Part shown: piece by piece, positions 6,407-12,666 of the stretch
Layout of the letters: each line of letters opens with the position of its first letter
Position numbering within the stretch: position 1 is the stretch's first letter
Assembly (NCBI GenBank): GCA_037446635.1
Contig: JBBIIG010000040.1
Coordinates: 16,565-34,752, forward strand
DNA from: a bacterium
GTDB lineage: Bacteria; Zhuqueibacterota; Zhuqueibacteria; Oceanimicrobiales; Oceanimicrobiaceae
Direction of reading: 5' to 3'
Length of the DNA: 18,188 bases
Program-made: the position numbers and the translations under genes
Notes under the pieces: model-generated
What the model was told of the DNA's origin: nothing
The model's input: only the letters and a program-made list of their open reading frames with translations
The model's database searches: none

Positions 6407-7429
6407 TCAAAGCGCCAGAGACGGCTTCGGACTCAAACTGTAATCCGAACGCTGGCCCTGTTCGAGGTAAAACTTGCCGGCGCGCGCGATCATCGCGCCG
6501 TTATCGGTGCAGAGAATCGGCGGTGGAATGAACAATTTAAACCCACGCTGCGATTGCTCTTCCTGCAGCTTTTTTCGCAAATACGAATTGCACGCCACGC
6601 CGCCGGCCAGCGCCAGTTGCTTGAGTTTGCAATCTTCTAAAGCTTGCAAGCTGTGTTCGATCAACACGTCGATGGCGGCCGCCTGAAAACTTGCCGCGAT
6701 ATCCGCTTTGTGCCGCTCGCGTTCCGCCGCCGTGATCGACTGCAGATGATAGAGCACAGCGGTTTTCAAGCCACTGTAACTGAAATCGCGAGCGTGATCT
6801 TTTCTGCCGCGTCGGATCGGCTTAGCCGAGAAGCGGCCTTTGGGCAGTTTCAAATAAGTTGGATCGCCTTCGCGCGCTAATTTATCGATGGCCGGGCCGC
6901 CGGGGTAGGGCAGGTCGAGCATCTTCGCCACTTTATCGAAGGCCTCGCCGGCGGCATCATCGCGGGTTTTGCCAAGAATCTGGTACTCGCCCCAATTGCG
7001 CACCAGCACCAATTGCGTGTGGCCGCCGGAGACGATCAGGCATAAGAACGGCGGCTGCGGTCCAGTTTCCAAAACCGAGTTGGAAAACAGGTGACCCTCC
7101 ATGTGATTGATTCCGATGTATGGAACATTCAGCGCCAGCGCCAGGGCTTTGGCGAAATTCAACCCCACCAACAGCGCGCCGGCGAGTCCGGGGCCGTACG
7201 TCACCGCGATGCCCTCCAGATCTTTTTTATCGATGCCCGCTTCCGCGAGCGCCGACTTCACGATGGGCAAAATCAATGACACGTGCGCCCGCGACGCCAG
7301 CTCCGGCACCACGCCGCCAAACTGCGCGTGGATTTCCTGCGAGGCGATTTTGTTGGAGGCCAGCCGGTCGTCGATCCAGACGGCGGCGCCGGTTTCATCG
7401 CAGGAGGTTTCGATGCCGAGAATTTTCAT
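6407..7429 (-). CDS. tsaD: tRNA N6-threonylcarbamoyladenosine transferase TsaD (Kae1/YgjD/Gcp family)
   Basis: ILGIETSCDET, GGVVPELASRAH, GPGLAGAL, NHMEGH, VSGGHT, TRDDAAGEAFDKVA, YPGGP, DFSYSGLKT, AGGVACN and CTDNGAMIA motifs. ATG at 7429 preferred over GTG at 7438. Contains a 27-bp in-frame insert at 6803-6829. Confidence 0.97.
   Translation of the reverse strand: MKILGIETSCDETGAAVWIDDRLASNKIASQEIHAQFGGVVPELASRAHVSLILPIVKSALAEAGIDKKDLEGIAVTYGPGLAGALLVGLNFAKALALALNVPYIGINHMEGHLFSNSVLETGPQPPFLCLIVSGGHTQLVLVRNWGEYQILGKTRDDAAGEAFDKVAKMLDLPYPGGPAIDKLAREGDPTYLKLPKGRFSAKPIRRGRKDHARDFSYSGLKTAVLYHLQSITAAERERHKADIAASFQAAAIDVLIEHSLQALEDCKLKQLALAGGVACNSYLRKKLQEEQSQRGFKLFIPPPILCTDNGAMIARAGKFYLEQGQRSDYSLSPKPSLAL
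6803..6829. mobile_element. 27-bp double-hairpin miniature element inserted in-frame in tsaD
   Basis: Minus strand TCGGC-TAA-GCCGA.TCCGAC-GC-GGCAGA encodes SAKPIRRGR. Its first hairpin differs by 1 nt from the intergenic copy at 6320-6332. Confidence 0.7.
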
Positions 7430-7457
7430 TATATTCACAATTAATTAACCGAGTAAT

Positions 7458-7555
7458 TTAACCGCAAGGAACGCAAAGCTGGCGCAAAGACCGCTAAAAA
7501 ATCTTTTTCTTTCTATAGCGTTCTTTTACGTTTTCCTGGCGAACTTTGCGGTTAA
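7458..7555. mobile_element. MITE-like element with TTAACCGCAA terminal inverted repeats and internal CGCAAAG sub-repeats
   Basis: Perfect 10-bp IR at 7458-7467 / 7546-7555. Four CGCAAAG-like units spaced 9, 11 and 9 nt on the left are mirrored by four degenerate CTTTGCG-like units on the right. Confidence 0.6.
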
Positions 7556-7583
7556 GTTGGTTGCCTGTCGGCTCCGACTGATT

Positions 7584-8633
7584 TTATTCAAATAATTTTT
7601 CGTACTCGCCGTAGCCTTCTCTGGCCAAATCTTCTTTGGGGATGAAGCGCAGAGCCGCAGAGTTGATGCAATAGCGCAGGCCCGTGGGCTTCGGGCCGTC
7701 TTCAAAAACGTGGCCGAGATGGGAATCGCCGTGTTTGCTGCGCACCTCGGTTCGGGGAATGAACAATTTGTGATCGACTTTTTCGACGATGTTTTCCGGC
7801 GCCAGCGGGCGGGTGAAGCTGGGCCAACCGGTGCCGGAGTCGTACTTGTGCGTCGAGCTGAACAGCGGTTCGCCGGAAACCACGTCCACGTAAATGCCCT
7901 CTTTTTTGTTGTTCCAGTATTCGTTCTGGAACGGCGGCTCGGTGCCTTCTTCTTGCGTCACACTATACTGCAGCTTGGTCAGTTTCTGGCGCAGTGCTTC
8001 TTCGGAAGGTTTGGAGTATTTTGTATTCATGGTCTGTTGTTCTCCCCAATATTTTTTGATGAACGCATCGCGGCCGGAGCCTTTGCGATAGCGTTGATAG
8101 TGCTCAGGATTTTTTTTATAATAATCCTGATGATAGTCTTCCGCGGGGTAGAAGTCCGTCGCCGGGCGGATGGCGGTGACAATGGGTTTGTCGAAACGCC
8201 CCGATTCGGACAATGCTTTTTTCGAAGCTTCAGCCAGCGCCTTCTGTTCTTCATTATGATAAAAAATCGCCGAGGTGTACTGCTCGCCGCGATCGTAAAA
8301 CGAGCCGCCGGCGTCCGTGGGGTCGAACTGCCGCCAGTAAACTTCCAGCAGCTTTTGATAAGTGATCTTTGTTGGATCATAAGTGACCTGCACCGCCTCC
8401 AAGTAGCCGGTGGCGCCTCCGCTCACTTCGCTGTATTTGGGATTGGGTTTGTGCCCGCCGATGTAACCAGAAACCACGGACTGCACGCCGTTGAGTTTTT
8501 CGAATGGCGCTTCCATGCACCAAAAACAGCCGCCGGCAAACGTGGCTTTTTCAAGATTTTGGGATTCGCCGCTTTGGCCATTGCCGCAGGCAGCCAGTGC
8601 GCCCAACGTCGCTATGAAAAAAAGTAGCTTCAT
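7584..8633 (-). CDS. msrAB: Bifunctional peptide methionine sulfoxide reductase MsrA/MsrB with a lipoprotein signal peptide
   Basis: MsrA motifs AGGCFWC, EAVQV and [11 protein letters not shown]; MsrB motifs [21 protein letters not shown] and [10 protein letters not shown]-terminus [16 protein letters not shown] has a lipobox. ATG at 8633 follows an AAAGGAG RBS. Confidence 0.95.
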   Translation of the reverse strand: MKLLFFIATLGALAACGNGQSGESQNLEKATFAGGCFWCMEAPFEKLNGVQSVVSGYIGGHKPNPKYSEVSGGATGYLEAVQVTYDPTKITYQKLLEVYWRQFDPTDAGGSFYDRGEQYTSAIFYHNEEQKALAEASKKALSESGRFDKPIVTAIRPATDFYPAEDYHQDYYKKNPEHYQRYRKGSGRDAFIKKYWGEQQTMNTKYSKPSEEALRQKLTKLQYSVTQEEGTEPPFQNEYWNNKKEGIYVDVVSGEPLFSSTHKYDSGTGWPSFTRPLAPENIVEKVDHKLFIPRTEVRSKHGDSHLGHVFEDGPKPTGLRYCINSAALRFIPKEDLAREGYGEYEKLFE

Positions 8634-8707
8634 AATAACTCCTTTTGTTGTTGCCGTCTGCTTCAACGGATTATTCTTCTGCGCCTATTCCCGAATTTTG
8701 CTTGAGA

Positions 8708-9307
8708 TCACGCCGCTTCACGCACCAACTGCTCCAGCGCCACCTTCGGACAAATGTAGCCTTTGATGTAATTCATCAAATTGTTGGCGACGCTGCGCAC
8801 CCGCTTTTCCACGCGCTCGTCGAGGCAGCGCCCGTGTTCGTCAAAATATTTTTGCACGTGGCTGACGGAAACGGAGCCCGGCAGAACGATGGCGCCCACA
8901 TGAGAACAGACGCTGCTCAAATGCTCCAGCGCTTTGATGGCGCCAATTTGCCCTGCCGCCACGCCCAACAACACGATGGGTTTGCCGGACAGCATCGAGG
9001 GGAACCCCAGGTTTTCGATGACTAATTTTATCACGCTGCTGAAGCTGCCGTGATACTCCGGCGTTGCCAGCACCAGGCCAGTTGCTTGCGACACCCGGCT
9101 GCGCAGGTGTGCCGTTTCCACCGAACGGGGGTCGGCGCCGGGAAAAGGCAAATGCAATTCCTCCGCGGCGATGACATCCACGGATACCTGATGTTTTTGC
9201 TGCAACTCGTCCACAACTAAGTTGAGGGCTTTGCCGGTGTAATTGCCTGGCCGGGCGCTGCCATTTATCGCCACGATATGAATGCCGCTTTGATTGCTTT
9301 GATTCAT
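8708..9307 (-). CDS. NADPH-dependent FMN reductase (flavodoxin-like, SsuE/ChrR family)
   Basis: AINGSARPGNYT, LATPEYHGSFSSVIKLVIE and SGKPIVLLG motifs; AAAGGAG RBS. Confidence 0.9.
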   Translation of the reverse strand: MNQSNQSGIHIVAINGSARPGNYTGKALNLVVDELQQKHQVSVDVIAAEELHLPFPGADPRSVETAHLRSRVSQATGLVLATPEYHGSFSSVIKLVIENLGFPSMLSGKPIVLLGVAAGQIGAIKALEHLSSVCSHVGAIVLPGSVSVSHVQKYFDEHGRCLDERVEKRVRSVANNLMNYIKGYICPKVALEQLVREAA

Positions 9308-9336
9308 AACTTACTCCTTTTAAAAAGGACAGGGGT

Positions 9337-9365
9337 AATATAACCATTCGCAGCGATGAATTCAA
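9337..9365 (-). promoter_or_regulatory. Sigma-70-type promoter for the FMN reductase-msrAB unit
   Basis: Minus strand TTGAAT-17 nt-TATATT about 30 nt upstream of the start codon. Confidence 0.55.
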
Positions 9366-9404
9366 GCGCGGCGTACCGCCGGCAAATAGGCGCAATATTT
9401 TCGC

Positions 9405-9433
9405 TTGACTCTCGCACGTGAAATAACTATATT
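9405..9433 (+). promoter_or_regulatory. Sigma-70-type promoter for the DUF3098-like gene and tRNA-Asp
   Basis: TTGACT-17 nt-TATATT. Confidence 0.6.
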
Positions 9434-9456
9434 GGCGCGTCTTTTTCAGGTTTTAA

Positions 9457-9738
9457 ATGGCGGATACCAAACAGAAAAAAAGATCTCAGCGCAAAACACG
9501 CGGGGCCGCGGCCGTCCCGTATTCGCGCGTCAATTATCTGCTTTTCGGCGTCGCAATTTTGACGCTGCTAATTGGTTATTGGGCCCTGGCGCAGCCGCCA
9601 GTCGATGGCATGTTAACCATGACCGTCGCGCCCATCTTGTTGGTGATTGGCTACTGTGTTCTGATCCCGCTGGCGATCATGTTTTCGGCTAGCAAAAAGA
9701 ATTTGGAAAAGAACGACCGCTCAGGGGCCGTGGTGTAG
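9457..9738 (+). CDS. Small two-TM membrane protein, DUF3098-like
   Basis: Basic N-terminus, then NYLLFGVAILTLLIGY and LTMTVAPILLVIGYCVLIPLAI (DUF3098-like pattern). The last 15 nt overlap tRNA-Asp. Confidence 0.8.
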   Translation: MADTKQKKRSQRKTRGAAAVPYSRVNYLLFGVAILTLLIGYWALAQPPVDGMLTMTVAPILLVIGYCVLIPLAIMFSASKKNLEKNDRSGAVV

Positions 9739-9799
9739 CCTGGTTTAACACGCCGGCCTGTCAAGCCGGAGATCGCGGGTTCAAATCCCGTCGGCCCCG
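9724..9799 (+). tRNA. tRNA-Asp (GTC)
   Basis: Acceptor GGGGCCG/CGGCCCC, D stem GTGT/ACAC, anticodon arm CCGGC-CTGTCAA-GCCGG, T arm GCGGG-TTCAAAT-CCCGT, discriminator G. CCA is not encoded. Confidence 0.97.
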
Positions 9800-9809
9800 C
9801 ACACCAAGT

Positions 9810-9845
9810 AAGCCATTACAAACTTTCGTAATGGCTTCTTTTTTT
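9810..9845 (+). terminator. Intrinsic terminator after tRNA-Asp
   Basis: 10-bp stem AAGCCATTAC/GTAATGGCTT followed by C and T7. Confidence 0.85.
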
Positions 9846-9868
9846 GTTTACAACCGTCCAAAAAACGT

Positions 9869-9896
9869 TTGAATTTTTAAGTTTTTCTTTTATATT
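9869..9896 (+). promoter_or_regulatory. Candidate sigma-70 promoter for the PTS IIA-TrmH-CPBP operon
   Basis: TTGAAT-16 nt-TATATT directly downstream of the tRNA terminator. Confidence 0.4.
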
Positions 9897-9954
9897 ACGC
9901 CCGTCTTAAACAGAGGCCTAACCGCGATTAACGTATATTGAGGTCCGCGACGTT

Positions 9955-10425
9955 ATGAGATTGAACAGCATCCTGACCGAAGACCGCATCAAAATTCCCC
10001 TTGAAAATCTCGACAAAGAAAAAATCATTGAAGAGATGGTGAACCTGATCGACCGTTCCGTGAAACTGAACAACAAGCAGCAGGTTTTGAAAGCGGTCTT
10101 GGATCGCGAAGCGGTGATGAGCACCGGCGTCGGCGACGAAGTAGCCATTCCGCACGCCAAGGCCGAAGGGGTGGACGATATTATTGCCGCGCTCGGCATC
10201 ACCCGCGCGCCGGTCGATTTCAAATCGCTCGATGAAAAGCCGGTGCGCCTGGTGTGGTTGTTGGTGGGGCCGCAGGATAAAACCGGCCCCCATCTCAAAG
10301 CACTCAGCCGAATCTCGCGGCTGATGCACAAAAAAGATTTCCGCGAGCGGTTGATCCGCGCCGCGGCGCCGCGGGAGTTGATCGAAGCCATCAACTCCGA
10401 AGAGGAAAAATTTTTTGAAACGTGA
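9955..10425 (+). CDS. PTS EIIA component (fructose/mannitol/Ntr, PtsN-like family)
   Basis: LDREAVMSTGVGDEVAIPHAK with the phospho-His, VDFKSLDEKPVRLVWLL and HLKALSRISR; GAGGT RBS. Confidence 0.93.
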   Translation: MRLNSILTEDRIKIPLENLDKEKIIEEMVNLIDRSVKLNNKQQVLKAVLDREAVMSTGVGDEVAIPHAKAEGVDDIIAALGITRAPVDFKSLDEKPVRLVWLLVGPQDKTGPHLKALSRISRLMHKKDFRERLIRAAAPRELIEAINSEEEKFFET

Positions 10426-10470
10426 CGGCGAGTTCTTCGCGCCCGCCGTTATTTAGCCCGCCTCAAATTC

Positions 10471-11259
10471 GTGATCTCCAAAGCTAAACTAAAATACCTC
10501 TCTGCGCTCAAGCAAAAAAAAATCCGCGACCAGCGGCAGGCGTTTCTAATTGAAGGACTGCGGCTGTGTGAAGAAGCGCTGGATTCCGATTATGAAATCG
10601 CGGCCGCGCTGATTTGCCGCGGGACCGCCGCGGCACAGTCAAACCGCGGCGAAAAATTATTGGCCGCTTTTCGCACGCGCGGAATTGCAATGGATGAGAT
10701 CAGCCTTTCGCAACTGCAGGAGATTTCGGAAACCGTGCACTCGCAGGGCATCGTCTGCGTGGCGAAAAAACGCGCATTCGATCTCAACGAGTTTTTAAAA
10801 AATCAACCCGACTTGCTTTTGGCGCTGAATGCGATCAACGATCCCGGCAATCTTGGCGTCATCATTCGCACTGCCAATTGGTTCGGGGTGAAGGGAATTT
10901 TTTTGAGCTCACACGCTGTGGAAGCAACCAATCCCAAAGTCGTGCGCGCCAGCATGGGCGGTTTCTTTCACCTGTCCATTTTTGAAAACTGTGATCTGGA
11001 AAAAATTCTCACAAATTTGCAGAAAGAAAATTATGCGATTTGGGTTGCCGACGCCGCCGGCGACGTGGACTACCGGCGCGCAGTTTTCGGAAAAAAAAAT
11101 GTGCTGGTACTGGGAAGCGAAATCGCTGGTGTGGAGCGCGCCCTCAAAACCCTGGCGAACGGCCGCTTGAGAATACCAAAACGCGGAAAAGCCGAGTCGC
11201 TCAATGTGGGAGCGGCGGCGGCAATTCTGTTAGCTGAAATGACTAAGGAGGCGCTGTGA
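10471..11259 (+). CDS. SpoU/TrmH-family RNA 2'-O-methyltransferase with an N-terminal substrate-binding domain
   Basis: FLIEGLRL, NDPGNLGVIIRTA, NPKVVRASMG, LVLGSE and IP...AESLNVGAAAAILL SPOUT motifs. Confidence 0.93.
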   Translation: MISKAKLKYLSALKQKKIRDQRQAFLIEGLRLCEEALDSDYEIAAALICRGTAAAQSNRGEKLLAAFRTRGIAMDEISLSQLQEISETVHSQGIVCVAKKRAFDLNEFLKNQPDLLLALNAINDPGNLGVIIRTANWFGVKGIFLSSHAVEATNPKVVRASMGGFFHLSIFENCDLEKILTNLQKENYAIWVADAAGDVDYRRAVFGKKNVLVLGSEIAGVERALKTLANGRLRIPKRGKAESLNVGAAAAILLAEMTKEAL

Positions 11260-12044
11260 ACCAGGAGCATCCGAGAGCGCGCGTCATCGCAGGATTGATT
11301 ATTTTGGGAGTTCTGCTGGCCGGCGCCGGCGCGCTGACAGCCGCCGTGCTGCTGCCGCCGGCGCAGCTTCACATCGGAGAATTGTGCCTCGTAGCGCCGT
11401 CGGTATTTTATTTGTTGATAAAAAAGTATGATTTCAAAGCGGCTTTTCGCTTCAACCCCATCTCCTGGAAATTGACAGGAATTAGTTTTCTGCTCGGGGC
11501 CGCGATCACTATCCTCACCGATGAGCTGGACCGCCTCCTCAATCCGTTCATCAAAATGCCGCAAGAGCTTCAGGATATGATTTTCGATTTGTTGAAATTC
11601 GATTCCTGGCAGGAGGGCGTGGCGCTGTTCATCGCGGCGGTGTTGATGGCCGCGGTGATCGAGGAGATGTTGTTTCGCGGGTTGCTGCAGCGGGCGCTGG
11701 AGCGCCGGTTAGGGGTGACGTTCGGGTTGTTTTTTTCGGCATTGGCTTTCGCGTTCATTCATTTCAACCCCTGGTGGATGGCGCAGATTTTAATTTTAGG
11801 AATAACGCTGGGCGTGCTGGCCTGGCGCAGCAACAGCATTTTTCCGAGTATTTTGGTGCACGGCATCAACAACGCCATCGCGTTGGCGGCGCTCAATTTC
11901 GAGCCGCGGTTCGCGGGCTGGTACGAAGTGGGCGGCCACGTCAATTTGGCGCTGGTCGTTACCGCCGCGGTGGTGGCCTGTTTGAGCTTCATCGCATTCT
12001 GGCGGCAAACGATCCCGCTTCATCTTCTAAACAAAGATTTTTGA
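11256..12044 (+). CDS. CPBP (Abi/CAAX protease type II) intramembrane metalloprotease
   Basis: EEMLFRG, FAFIH and HGINN motifs with multiple TM helices. GTGA overlap with the upstream stop and an AAGGAGG RBS suggest translational coupling. Confidence 0.92.
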   Translation: MNQEHPRARVIAGLIILGVLLAGAGALTAAVLLPPAQLHIGELCLVAPSVFYLLIKKYDFKAAFRFNPISWKLTGISFLLGAAITILTDELDRLLNPFIKMPQELQDMIFDLLKFDSWQEGVALFIAAVLMAAVIEEMLFRGLLQRALERRLGVTFGLFFSALAFAFIHFNPWWMAQILILGITLGVLAWRSNSIFPSILVHGINNAIALAALNFEPRFAGWYEVGGHVNLALVVTAAVVACLSFIAFWRQTIPLHLLNKDF

Positions 12045-12145
12045 TTTTTTCTCCCACCCCTTTACGCAATCTTCCAGAGTAGATCATACTATAAGCAAGA
12101 AAATTCAACTCCGAACATTGCACCTCTGGCAAATCTCAACATCGT

Positions 12146-12571
12146 ATGACACGAATCGTTTTGCTGAACGATGAACTCGGTTCGCAAATGCAAATTTATT
12201 TGGCTTTGTGTGATGGATACAGTATAGAAATTGCGGAAAGTGTTGAAGCGGCCATGTACCTCTTGAGAAAGTTGCGGCCGGAAATTTTAGTAATGGATTA
12301 CGACCTCACTCACTTTCGAGCGCGCGGCAAACAGGGCATTGATTTCATTCGCAAAGTCAAACGAAAGTACAACCACCTGAAAATCGTCACGATTCTGGAT
12401 GATAAAGATAAAGTTTACGAAACAGAAATTCAGCAGAACGGCGCCGACGGCATTGTTTACCGGCCACTAAAAAACCGCCACATCATTTTAAATGTTAAAA
12501 AAGTCGAGGAATCTCTGAACCAGAACAAGACTACCTTGATCCCTACACATCACGCACCGGCAGCAACCTAA
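12146..12571 (+). CDS. Single-domain response regulator (CheY-like receiver) with atypical active-site residues
   Basis: IVLLNDE, PEILVMDYDL, GIDFIRKVK and GADGIVYRPL follow the receiver fold pattern; no output domain. Confidence 0.75.
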   Translation: MTRIVLLNDELGSQMQIYLALCDGYSIEIAESVEAAMYLLRKLRPEILVMDYDLTHFRARGKQGIDFIRKVKRKYNHLKIVTILDDKDKVYETEIQQNGADGIVYRPLKNRHIILNVKKVEESLNQNKTTLIPTHHAPAAT

Positions 12572-12615
12572 GCTTCCCCAATAAACGGGGCTGCTTATTG
12601 AACGGGATTAGGGGG

Positions 12616-12666
12616 TGGCCAGTATGCGTCTCTCCACACGGTGGCGCTGCTGGCCATTTTGTTTTT
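12616..12666 (+). terminator. Probable terminator hairpin between convergent genes
   Basis: TGGCCAG/CTGGCCA stem extended by GCGTC/GGCGC, followed by TTTTGTTTTT. Confidence 0.45.

Noticed and set aside
7710..8627. Long antisense ORFs (305 aa opposite msrAB, also 4357-5037, 13703-14461, 16592-17197 and others)
   Set aside because: These are shadow ORFs typical of GC-rich codon usage opposite well-supported genes.
9797..9805. Lack of encoded CCA in both tRNAs as a sign of pseudogenes
   Set aside because: Many bacteria add CCA enzymatically, and both cloverleaves, promoters and terminators are intact.
10615..10635. 21-bp hairpin TGCCGCGG-GACCG-CCGCGGCA inside the TrmH gene as another in-frame insert
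   Set aside because: It has no similarity to the element families seen here, the GC-rich context makes such stems likely by chance, and the protein is not clearly lengthened at this point.
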